From NCBI RefSeq assembly GCF_020969955.1, contig NZ_JAHDSX010000008.1, positions 30,001 to 62,000 on the forward strand: 32,000 nt of DNA, read 5' to 3'. This DNA is from Allobaculum fili (GTDB lineage Bacteria > Bacillota_I > Bacilli_A > Erysipelotrichales > Erysipelotrichaceae). The stretch's first letter is position 1. Every line of letters begins with the position of its first letter. A program made the translations under genes and the position numbers. The notes below the pieces were generated by a model. It did not search any database. It worked only from the letters and a program-made list of their open reading frames with translations, and had not been told where the DNA came from. Positions 8,728 to 16,964 of the stretch are shown here, one piece after another.

Positions 8728-8904
8728 GATGAAATGAAAATTTCTGACTCTTTTGTTTTCTGGAAATGTGCAGATCGCTTTCCTCCGATTACAGGACAAT
8801 TCTTAATCCTTTATTATCCATAAATGAACTGGCTTTATTTTTGATGGTTTATATCGGTATTCTTTTGTAAGAGAAAGCGCGCGGAATGGAGAAAGGATAT
8901 TTTC

Positions 8905-11046
8905 ATGAAATCGATTCAAAATTTTGTTTATTCGAGAGAGTACCGGCCAATGATTTATATTTCTGCGCATCCAGCAGATTTCCAGGCGCATTTTCAAAGC
9001 ATCCGGCAAGATCTGTTTGATCTTACTCAATGTATTCTTTATTACGATCCAGATCCCGATCATCCCGAAGACCTTTCCCGTTTTGTCTCGGATCTTTCGC
9101 AGATGAATCTGATTATCCTGCCGATCACGCAGAAATTTTTACGTGAAGAAAGCTTTGCGCACGACTGGATTCTTCGGTTGATTGAAAAGCTGCACCTGCC
9201 CTTTCTTCCGATCTGTGCCGACCAGGACGTTTTTCCTTTTCTCCAGAAATATATTCCGGCTTTTCACGCCCTCGCCCGTTTTTGCGAAGATCCGAAAGAG
9301 CCGTCCTTTTTACAAAAGCTTCAGGACTATCTCAATACGCTTTTTCCTTCTTCCAGACAGATCCAGGATGTTCAGGCCGCTCTGTCTCAAAATCTGTGGA
9401 TGCAAAATGTCGATACGGGCTGTTCCGATCCATTCAACGACTCCGGCGAAACTCTCTGCTATCGGTTTCCTGAGGCTGCCCGTTTCCTGTATTCAAAGTA
9501 TTCGAACCTCCTTGCCAAAAGGACAGAAAGCCGCACCGCTGCACAGGAAACGATTCTATCTGATCCATTTCCGACCGCCTTTTTTTCGCTTCGTTTTCAG
9601 AAAAATCCGGGCTGGGAAATGCGGTGCTTCCCGTTTCTGAAACAGGACGCAATGCTCATCCCCGTCTGGCAGCTTACCCAGAAAAAGATGTTGGATGCAG
9701 ATCCTTGCCGCATCTTTTGCCTGGAGGACTCTTTCGGTTTCCAGAACCAAAAGGAAAACGAAAGTCTCCATTTTCCTGTACTTAATCCGGCTGACCCCAA
9801 AAATCCCTTTACCGACAGCGCTCAGCAGCTTTACCGAACGGGTCTTGCCTGCATGAACGGAATTGGAAGACCGATCGACTATGAAAAAGGCATCGCCTGC
9901 CTTCAAAAAGCAGCTGAAATGAACCACACGAGTGCAATGGACGAAATGATTTTCCTTCATCTCTACGGAAAAGGCGTCCCGGCAAGTCTCAATGAGGCGA
10001 TACAATGGGCCGAAAAACGAGTGGAGGTGCACCCCGACTATCCTTCCCATCTGCTTGCAGCCCGGCTTCGAACTGAAAAAGACCAGCTTCATGAAGCCGT
10101 TCTCCACGCACTGGATGCCCTCTCGTGTTTAGACTCCGCTAATCCGGATCCCCATTCCCGTTTTGTAGAAGATGATCCGGTCGTTCTGGAATGGAAGCAG
10201 AAGTCTTCCTGGCTTTTTCGTTTTATCGCCGAACTTTGCATGAGACAGAAGGATTTCTCCGTTTCGAAATATTACATCAATCAGTCGCTCGTACTGGATC
10301 AAGAAATCTTGAAGATCCGGGAGTCGAATGGGCAAAACAAGTCCATCTGGCCAGAGAATGCCGATTTGATCGTTCCAAATAACGAGGAAATGGATCGAAT
10401 CCGGCAGCACTTGTGGGCGACATATCTCGCTTTAGGAGAAATTGCGCGCCAGAACGGCCGAAATCTGGAAGCCGAACGCAGCTATCGGCATGCGGATGAG
10501 CTTAGCGTCACTGTACTTGGACACGACAGTTCCTCTCTGGCTCTGTATCATTTTTCGTATGCTCAGGAATGTTTTGGCGACCTGTATTTTTACTGGGAGA
10601 CGCTGTATGTCCAGCACCGTGAGGACATGCTGATCAAGGCGAAATCGTATTACGAGAACGCGCTTTCGAATTATCAGAGACTGCTCGAACATCGGATTTA
10701 TCCCCGGTGCATGATGCTCCGTCGACTGCGTGCAGTTTTTCTTAAACTCAGCTGGATTTACAGGGACCAGGATCTTTTCATCGTGTCCGTGTATTTTGCG
10801 TACCGGGGGTTGCAGATGGCCAAATCCAATATGGAAGAATTTTGCAGTCTGAAAACCAGACAGGAATTTGCCTGTGCCTGTCTGCAGGCAGCCGAGGCCC
10901 AGGCGCTGTCTAAAAACTGGGATAAAGCCGAAGCGTATTATTCCAGGGCTTTGCGGATGTACGGCGAGCTTAAGGAAAACAGCCCCTCTTTGGATTTGCA
11001 GCGTTATGAAGCAGAAAGTCTCGCCGGACTGGGGGATGTCGTTTGA
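8905..11046 (+). CDS. TIR-like domain / Sel1-repeat / TPR-repeat protein, ORF as terminated by the first in-frame TGA
   Basis: 713 aa with RBS GGAGAAAGGA. The N-terminus (IYISAHPAD...ILYYDPDPD...NLIILPITQKFLRE...LPFLPI) follows the bacterial TIR-like beta-alpha pattern. The middle has Sel1 repeats (LYRTGLACMNGIGRPIDYEKGIACLQKAAEMNHTSAMDEMIFLHLYGKGVPASLNEAIQWAEK). The C-terminus is TPR-like (AEAYYSRALRMYGELKE). Confidence 0.75.
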   Translation: MKSIQNFVYSREYRPMIYISAHPADFQAHFQSIRQDLFDLTQCILYYDPDPDHPEDLSRFVSDLSQMNLIILPITQKFLREESFAHDWILRLIEKLHLPFLPICADQDVFPFLQKYIPAFHALARFCEDPKEPSFLQKLQDYLNTLFPSSRQIQDVQAALSQNLWMQNVDTGCSDPFNDSGETLCYRFPEAARFLYSKYSNLLAKRTESRTAAQETILSDPFPTAFFSLRFQKNPGWEMRCFPFLKQDAMLIPVWQLTQKKMLDADPCRIFCLEDSFGFQNQKENESLHFPVLNPADPKNPFTDSAQQLYRTGLACMNGIGRPIDYEKGIACLQKAAEMNHTSAMDEMIFLHLYGKGVPASLNEAIQWAEKRVEVHPDYPSHLLAARLRTEKDQLHEAVLHALDALSCLDSANPDPHSRFVEDDPVVLEWKQKSSWLFRFIAELCMRQKDFSVSKYYINQSLVLDQEILKIRESNGQNKSIWPENADLIVPNNEEMDRIRQHLWATYLALGEIARQNGRNLEAERSYRHADELSVTVLGHDSSSLALYHFSYAQECFGDLYFYWETLYVQHREDMLIKAKSYYENALSNYQRLLEHRIYPRCMMLRRLRAVFLKLSWIYRDQDLFIVSVYFAYRGLQMAKSNMEEFCSLKTRQEFACACLQAAEAQALSKNWDKAEAYYSRALRMYGELKENSPSLDLQRYEAESLAGLGDVV

Positions 11047-11706
11047 GCCCGCCAGAAAACAGAAGAAGCCATTGAACTGTACCAGAAGAGCTGCACGATT
11101 CTTCAGTCGCTTTATGGAGAAAACCGTACAGTGGAAGGCACCCGATCGCTCTGCATCCAGCTCGATCGTCTTGTCAAAGCGTGTTTGTCCTTGAACGATC
11201 TTGAACAGGCGCTGCGCATCAATCGGATTGCCCTGGATCAGGCGGAATGACTGAATCTGGGATCACAGATTTACGCGGACTGTTTTTTGTTTGACCGGAT
11301 TACCTACCGGCAGGTCTGCATCGAAACCGATCTTCATCTGTATGAGCAGGCCGATGAACACGCCAGTCAGGCTCTCAGTCTCTTCGCGATGATGTATGAC
11401 ATCAATAAAACCTCCTTTCACTATTTTCAGGCCGGCAGGACATGGAATCTGCTCGCCAGAATTGCTCTTGAACAGGAGGAATATGCCGATGCGGAAGAGA
11501 ACGCCTGGAACGCTCTGGTAATTTTGCTGGATGTTCGAAAGGAACTCGAATCCCAGGACCTGCTGTTCGATCTGGAGCAGTGTCTGAACGTTCTGAAAGT
11601 ATGCGCCTGGCAGTCTGGAGACGGCTTTATGTACATAGTCTACAAAAACGGCATAGAGAAATTCAGACAGAAACGAATCGCACGAAAGAGAGATTCACTG
11701 GACTGA
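11047..11706 (+). pseudogene. in-frame continuation of the TPR protein beyond TGA 11044-11046, containing a second in-frame TGA at 11248-11250
   Basis: Positions 8905, 11047 and 11287 are all in the same frame. The translation stays TPR-like (ARQKTEEAIELYQKSCTILQSLYGEN..., ...LARIALEQEEYADAEENAWNALVILLDV...). It ends at TGA 11704-11706, just before a bidirectional terminator. Confidence 0.6.
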
Positions 11707-11791
11707 GCGATTCCGTCCGGCCAGCGTTTCTTCCCTGTTCCAGGCGGATTGCGCCCAGAATGCCGCTTCAAAAAAATCGAAAAACCGCCGC

Positions 11792-11832
11792 AAAAAAAGT
11801 TCTGCCCGTCGATTGCGAGGGACAGAACTTTT
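11792..11832. terminator. bidirectional terminator between the convergent TPR gene and the histidine kinase gene
   Basis: A7 run, then stem GTTCTGCCC / GGGACAGAAC (one bulge), then TTTTCTT. It lies between the stops at 11706 (+) and 11856 (-). Confidence 0.6.
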
Positions 11833-11855
11833 CTTCTGGTCTCAATTGTTCGGAA

Positions 11856-13679
11856 TCAGTACAGAATGTCGTCTTCCGGCTTCCAGCGCGGAATTTCCAC
11901 AAAGAAGCGGCTTCCCTTTCCCGGCTGGGAATCCAGACGAATCGTTCCGGAAAGCTTCTCGAGGGTATGTTTTACAATCGCCAGACCAAGACCGGTTCCC
12001 GTTTTCGATCGGGAAGGGTCGGCGGTAAAAAAGCGTTCAAAAATTCGATCCTGCAGACTTTCGTCAATGCCCGGCCCGTCATCGGCCACTTCGACCAGGG
12101 CGGTATTCGCGTCCAGTACGGATACGCAAACCTGAATATGCCCGTTTTCAAAGCCGTAGCGGATCGCGTTTTCCATCAGATTTTTCAGGATCCGTTCCAG
12201 ATCTGTGCGGGTGGCGCAGACATCCACTGATGCACCGGTGCATTCGATCGTCATCGATTTCAGATCCGCTGCGCTTTTCAGATTTTCACTGATCTCTTTG
12301 GCCGCCCCATACAGATCGGATTTGGGATTGCCTTCTTTTCTTTCGTTTTCCAGCCGGGAAAGCGTAATGATGTCGCTGACCATTTCCGTCATACGACGGG
12401 ATTCCTTAAGAATGTAGCCAAGGAATCTGGATTCGTCTTCCTTGCGGACCATGCCGCTGGCCAGAAGTTCTGCGCTTGAGGAAATCGTCTGCAGCGGCGT
12501 TTTGAGCTCATGCGTGACGTTGGCTGTAAACTCCTGACGGCGCATCGCTGCCTGCTGGCGGTCCGTAATATCCAGAGCGAGAACCATGGCGCCGATCACT
12601 TCCTGATTTTTCCAGATCGGCTGGGCTTCCAGCGAATAGATTTTTCCTTTTTTATGCCGAAGTTCCTTCAGGCTTTCTCCTGCCAGCGCGCACTGAATGA
12701 GCTGACGGAGCTGACGGCTGTGACCGTACAGATCAATACCGTCTTCCGTTTTCAGCCTTCCTTTCGGTTTGGCTTTCCCTTCGGCGGTCTGTTCTCCTGC
12801 CTGGGTGTACTGATCGTTTAAAGGATCAAGATTTTGAGCTGCTGCATACGCTACGTTTCCAGCCTTTGTTTTTTTTTCCTGCATGGGCAGAGCGAAAATC
12901 TCACGGGCTGCCTGATTGATCAGCGTTGCCCGTCCCGTTTTCCAGACCATGATCAGCCCTTCATCCATCGAATCGCTCAGCGCATCAAATTCCATCTGGC
13001 TTTCTTCGAGCGCGTCAATCTGCTCGGCAATTTGCCGGTTGTTTTCATCCAGACGTTCCAGAAGCGGACGAAGCTGTTCATACGGAATGTTTTCCAGCGG
13101 TTTCGCGGGATCGATGGCATTGATCGGGGTCACGATGTGCCGCGATAAAAGGCGAGCCAGAATATAGCTGAGAAGCAGCAGAAGTGGAATCAGAATCAGA
13201 ACCGGCATGACCATCTGTCCAAAAAGCATGATCAGCGAGGAATGGGTCTGGGACAGCCGGAGAATTCTTCCGTTGGCCAGACGCATGGCTGCGTTGTACG
13301 TTTCCGTATTCGATGTCGAGGAGTGACGAATCGAAAATCCCTTGCCGCTTTCTCTGGCTTCGGCGATTTCTTCACGGTCCTTATGATTGCTCTCGTGGGC
13401 GATATTTAAGGAATCGTAGACGACTTCCCCGTCTGGATCGATCAGACACAGCCGCAGGTCGCCCTGGTTGAACAGCTCAAAATCTTCATCCAGAAGATCG
13501 ATCTGTTCCTGCACGTCCGATCGGTTGAGTACCGAAGCGACCCGGGCGGTTTCGCTGTCGAGATTGCCGATCTGTTCGTCTACAAAGCCGCGATACATGA
13601 TCCGTACCGAGATGAGAACCGCCAGAGAGAGCACGAGAAGACAGGCGCCGAAAATCGACTGAAAGATTTTGCGCGTCAT
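11856..13679 (-). CDS. sensor histidine kinase, PhoR-like (two TM segments, PAS, HisKA, HATPase)
   Basis: H-box FTANVTHELKTPLQTISSSAELL. N/G boxes NLMENAIRY, DDGPGID, GTGLGLAIVKH. Two hydrophobic segments flank a periplasmic-type domain. The start ATG 13679 overlaps the regulator's stop (ATGA). TGA stop. Confidence 0.9.
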   Translation of the reverse strand: MTRKIFQSIFGACLLVLSLAVLISVRIMYRGFVDEQIGNLDSETARVASVLNRSDVQEQIDLLDEDFELFNQGDLRLCLIDPDGEVVYDSLNIAHESNHKDREEIAEARESGKGFSIRHSSTSNTETYNAAMRLANGRILRLSQTHSSLIMLFGQMVMPVLILIPLLLLLSYILARLLSRHIVTPINAIDPAKPLENIPYEQLRPLLERLDENNRQIAEQIDALEESQMEFDALSDSMDEGLIMVWKTGRATLINQAAREIFALPMQEKKTKAGNVAYAAAQNLDPLNDQYTQAGEQTAEGKAKPKGRLKTEDGIDLYGHSRQLRQLIQCALAGESLKELRHKKGKIYSLEAQPIWKNQEVIGAMVLALDITDRQQAAMRRQEFTANVTHELKTPLQTISSSAELLASGMVRKEDESRFLGYILKESRRMTEMVSDIITLSRLENERKEGNPKSDLYGAAKEISENLKSAADLKSMTIECTGASVDVCATRTDLERILKNLMENAIRYGFENGHIQVCVSVLDANTALVEVADDGPGIDESLQDRIFERFFTADPSRSKTGTGLGLAIVKHTLEKLSGTIRLDSQPGKGSRFFVEIPRWKPEDDILY

Positions 13680-14416
13680 GCGTCTTCCCTCATGCGATAG
13701 CCGATCCCGCGTACCGTTTCGATTCGATCGCCTTCCCAGAGCAGCTTGCTGCGAAGGGATCGAATGTGAACGTCCACCGTCCGCGTTTCGCCCGCAAAAT
13801 CCGTTTTCCATACTTCATAAAGAAGATCGTCGCGGCTGAACGCTTTTCGCGGATGTTCCAGAAAAAGGGCGAGCAGATCAAATTCCTTGCGGGACAGCTC
13901 GAGTTCGATTTTCCTGTCTTCGCCTGGTTTTCCCTCCGCTTCCTTCTTTTCCAGCCACGCTTTATGACTCGAAGGATCGAGGCGGATATCCCCCAGCGCT
14001 AGAATCGAATTTTTCTTTTCGGCAGAACCCGCATTCTGACAGCGGCGCAGGACCGCTTTGATCCGGGCAACCATTTCCATCATTCCAAAGGGCTTGACCA
14101 GATAGTCGTCCGCTCCATATTCAAACGCTTTGACCTTGTCGCTTTCCCGCCCTTTGGCGGTCGTCATAATGACCGGAATCTGTGCGGTGTCCGGATTTTG
14201 GCGCAGCTGCTGCAAAATCGTCAGGCCATCGCTCTGCCATAACATGATGTCCAGCAGCACGAGATCCGGTTTTGTCTCGGCTTCGTTCATCGCCTGCCAG
14301 AACGCTGCGCCGTCTTCAAATCCCTCGGCGTCAAATCCGCAGGATTTCAGGGTGTAGATCAGAATATCTCGAATACTGGTTTCGTCTTCGACGCACCAAA
14401 TACGGTTTTGTTCCAT
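13676..14416 (-). CDS. OmpR/PhoB-family response regulator
   Basis: Receiver domain (VEDETSIRD...LVLLDIMLWQSDG...TTAKG...GADDYLVKPF) plus a winged-helix domain (RTVDVHIRSLRSKL...IETVRGIGYRM). AGGAGGAAAAA precedes ATG 14416. TGA stop. Confidence 0.9.
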   Translation of the reverse strand: MEQNRIWCVEDETSIRDILIYTLKSCGFDAEGFEDGAAFWQAMNEAETKPDLVLLDIMLWQSDGLTILQQLRQNPDTAQIPVIMTTAKGRESDKVKAFEYGADDYLVKPFGMMEMVARIKAVLRRCQNAGSAEKKNSILALGDIRLDPSSHKAWLEKKEAEGKPGEDRKIELELSRKEFDLLALFLEHPRKAFSRDDLLYEVWKTDFAGETRTVDVHIRSLRSKLLWEGDRIETVRGIGYRMREDA

Positions 14417-14619
14417 TTTTCCTCCTTTGCCCCGAAACAGGACGGGCTGTTCTGCATTCTTGCAGATCGAAAGCGTACAGATTTGCTTTGTATAAACACG
14501 GGTAGAGAGAAATCGCATTTGCGCGAATCCAGAACCGATCTATTTCTCAGTATAAAGCGTATGGTAAACGGCCATGGGCAGAGAGCCGTCCGGCTTTCCG
14601 TTGAGCGGGTTCATAACGT

Positions 14620-14651
14620 GCAAAAGCACTTTCCCAAAGGTGAGAAAGTGC
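14620..14651 (-). terminator. rho-independent terminator after the Na/Pi cotransporter gene
   Basis: On the minus strand, GCACTTTC-loop-GAAAGTGC is followed by TTTTG. It lies about 90 nt after the stop at 14737. Confidence 0.55.
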
Positions 14652-14736
14652 AGAGAAACGGATCCAGTACGGCGTATTCTTTCAGATCCGATTCAGATAT
14701 ACGGTTTTATTCTTTGTGGAACCGGTTTATATGATT

Positions 14737-16485
14737 TCAGCGTTCGATGCGCACGAGGGCACAGGACGCCGGCGATGCGGAAGAAACCAGTCCAGCAGAA
14801 TCTGCGCTCGCTCCGAGCTCCGGCTGACGATGCAGAGTATTCTGCCAGGCATCTTCATCGGCCAGACGCAGGGTACGCAGGGCGATCTGTTCGTAACACT
14901 CTGCAGCATCGAAGAACAGCCAGCTCGTTTCGGCATGTTCCTTATTTTTCTGTGCCCGCTGGAAATGGGCGCGCCGGCGTTCTTCGATATTGGACTGAAT
15001 GGAAACCACTTCCTGCTGAACGCGCAAAATCGCTTCTTTCGCTTCAGGCGAAGTCTGCATACTCTTTTCCTGGCCGATCTGCAGCCGAAAGAGCGCTTCT
15101 TTACACAGTGTGGAGAGCGTATTGATATCTTCTTTCATCGATTCACTGAGGGCGTGATCGCCCAGAGAATCTTCTTTCATCGTACCGATCGCAATGCAGT
15201 TCATGGCAATCTGGTGCAGGTCTCTGGCGGAAAGCAGAATGCGCTGCAGCTGTTTCTGCTCGGATTCGTTCAGTGTCTGTAAATCGACGCCGCTGCAGTA
15301 TTCCTTGACCTTGATGCAGTCGGCAAGAATTTTCGCACCCTTTTCGTGGAGCTTGCCGTTGTCTTTCGAATCGATCAGCACTTCCCGGGAAAGATCAATT
15401 AACGAGAGGCATTTGCCTTTCAGAACGTCGAGCTGGGCGAACAGAGCCTGAATCGCCGCATTCGGAATGGACTGCAGACGCGGATCGAGCAGAGCGGCGG
15501 AATGCTTTTTCTGGTGCTTGGCCGGATTGATCAGAATTTTGGAAAGTTCCACAAGCTGCTTTCGAAACGGAAACAGAATGGCCGTTACCGCCACGTTAAA
15601 GCCGGTATGGAACAGCGCAAGCGAAGACGAACTGACCCCGGCCATCATAAGCGACGGCTGGAACATGAAAAATACCACCGCGGCAGCGCCGACAATGAGT
15701 GCCCCGATCACGTTGAATTCGAGATGAATCATCGCGGCGCGCTTCGCGTTCGTATCGCCGGAAAGCGAAGAAAGCAGAGCGGTCACGCAGGTACCGATGT
15801 TCTGACCTAACGCGATAAATACGGCAGAACCCCAGTTGACCGCGCCGGCCATAGCCATCGTCTGCAAAATACCCATCGAAGCCGAAGAAGACTGAATGAT
15901 GGCAGTAACGCCAACGCCGGCCAGAACGCCGAGCAGCGGATTCGATCCGAGCACTTCAAACACTTTGGTGAAAACCGGCGAATCGGCATAGGGCGTAATC
16001 GATCCGGACATCGACGAAAGCCCCAGAAACAAAATGCCAAAGCCGATCAGAATTTTGCTTCCGTCCTTAAGACGGCTCGATTTGACCGTCATAGAAAGAA
16101 TGACACCGCTCATGAGCAGAATCGGGGCAATCATTTCCGGTTTGAGAAAGGAAGCCCACTCGCCCATCGAGACGATCCATCCGGTCATGGTCGTACCAAT
16201 ATTAGCGCCCATGATGACCGTGCACGCCTGGGTCAGCGACATCAGCGATGCGTTTACAAAACCGACGACCATAACCGTCGTTGCGGAAGAAGACTGAATG
16301 ATGGCGGTCACGAGCGCGCCGGCCAGCAGACCCATCAGTGGATTTTTAGTCAGCGATTCGAGCAGGCGCCGGGTCTTGTCGCCCGCGGCTTTCTGCAGGC
16401 CTTCGCCCATCAGTTCCATTCCATACAGGAACATCCCCAGACCGCCCGCAAAGAGCAGCAGGGTCTTGATCATTTCTAAATTCAT
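14737..16485 (-). CDS. Na+/phosphate cotransporter family protein (NptA/YjbB-like) with a C-terminal PhoU-like region
   Basis: 582 aa. It carries the duplicated Na/Pi-cotransporter signature (LFAGGLGMFLYGMELMGEGL...AIIQSSSATTVM and a second ...AIIQSSSASMGIL). TGA stop. Confidence 0.9.
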   Translation of the reverse strand: MNLEMIKTLLLFAGGLGMFLYGMELMGEGLQKAAGDKTRRLLESLTKNPLMGLLAGALVTAIIQSSSATTVMVVGFVNASLMSLTQACTVIMGANIGTTMTGWIVSMGEWASFLKPEMIAPILLMSGVILSMTVKSSRLKDGSKILIGFGILFLGLSSMSGSITPYADSPVFTKVFEVLGSNPLLGVLAGVGVTAIIQSSSASMGILQTMAMAGAVNWGSAVFIALGQNIGTCVTALLSSLSGDTNAKRAAMIHLEFNVIGALIVGAAAVVFFMFQPSLMMAGVSSSSLALFHTGFNVAVTAILFPFRKQLVELSKILINPAKHQKKHSAALLDPRLQSIPNAAIQALFAQLDVLKGKCLSLIDLSREVLIDSKDNGKLHEKGAKILADCIKVKEYCSGVDLQTLNESEQKQLQRILLSARDLHQIAMNCIAIGTMKEDSLGDHALSESMKEDINTLSTLCKEALFRLQIGQEKSMQTSPEAKEAILRVQQEVVSIQSNIEERRRAHFQRAQKNKEHAETSWLFFDAAECYEQIALRTLRLADEDAWQNTLHRQPELGASADSAGLVSSASPASCALVRIER

Positions 16486-16488
16486 GAA

Positions 16489-16719
16489 TTACACTCCTCG
16501 GTCCGCCCGCAGGGCGTCCTTATGACAAGGTAGCTTGCTTTGCGGCGCTCCTTTGTATACAGCACCGTCTGGTTTTTCCTTTTGCCGGCTCTGCGCGTTT
16601 TCGCGACAGAGGCGCTGAAGCCGGTCCTGCTTTTTTACGTTGCGATACAGAAGTTCAATGAGCAGAGCACAAAAGCCGATCACAGAAAAGACGACAAGCA
16701 CGAAGATCATTTCTTTCAC
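16489..16719 (-). CDS. small single-pass membrane protein, adjacent and possibly translationally coupled to the Na/Pi cotransporter gene
   Basis: AAGGAGGG lies 6-7 nt before GTG 16719. There is a hydrophobic helix (IFVLVVFSVIGFCALLIELLY) followed by a basic tail. The TAA stop is 3 nt before the cotransporter ATG. No family recognised and the start is uncertain (16743/16719/16710). Confidence 0.4.
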   Translation of the reverse strand: MKEMIFVLVVFSVIGFCALLIELLYRNVKKQDRLQRLCRENAQSRQKEKPDGAVYKGAPQSKLPCHKDALRADRGV

Positions 16720-16779
16720 CTGGATCCCTCCTTGTACTCCCATAGTAAAAAATCCCCATTTTCGGCTCTATCTGCGTTT

Positions 16780-16807
16780 GGAAAAGCTTTTGTAAAATCT
16801 ATGTAAA
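16780..16807 (-). promoter_or_regulatory. Pho-box-like direct repeats upstream of the small ORF / Na-Pi cotransporter unit
   Basis: The minus strand reads TTTACA-tagat-TTTACA-aaagc-TTTTCC. These are hexamers with 11-bp periodicity that match the Firmicute PhoP consensus TT(A/T/C)ACA. They lie about 60 bp upstream of the start. Confidence 0.45.
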
Positions 16808-16873
16808 CCCGTAAGCGTTGCGAAGCTGGTTTTTGGACAAAGAGAAAGCTGAGTCTTCCCTGCCTTTTGGCAT

Positions 16874-16918
16874 AAAGAAAAAGACCTTTTCCGGAAATAT
16901 GGATCCAGAAAAGGTCTT
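16874..16918 (-). terminator. rho-independent terminator after eda
   Basis: Stem AAGACCTTTT / AAAAGGTCTT with a 17-nt loop. On the minus strand it is followed by TTTTTCTTT. Confidence 0.7.
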
Positions 16919-16964
16919 CGTGTTCTTATGGTTCGGTTTTGTATTTACAGGTCTGGTTTAAGGC

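Noticed and set aside
9182-9640. Out-of-frame internal ORFs within the TPR gene (9182..9640, 9556..10107, 10868..11194 and others)
   Set aside because: They overlap a frame with clear Sel1/TPR periodicity, and their own translations are low-complexity with no start signals.
11044-11250. Genome-wide TGA reassignment (code 4/25-like) or selenocysteine as the explanation for the in-frame TGAs
   Set aside because: TGA ends the histidine kinase, the response regulator (classic ATGA overlap) and the Na/Pi cotransporter at natural C-termini. TGG is used for Trp throughout the same gene. TPR proteins are not selenoproteins, and I saw no obvious SECIS-like hairpin right after either TGA.
8505-11855. 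The TPR locus as a mobile element or genomic island
   Set aside because: Lower GC and different codon usage are suggestive. However, I found no integrase, transposase, flanking direct or inverted repeats, or tRNA attachment site.
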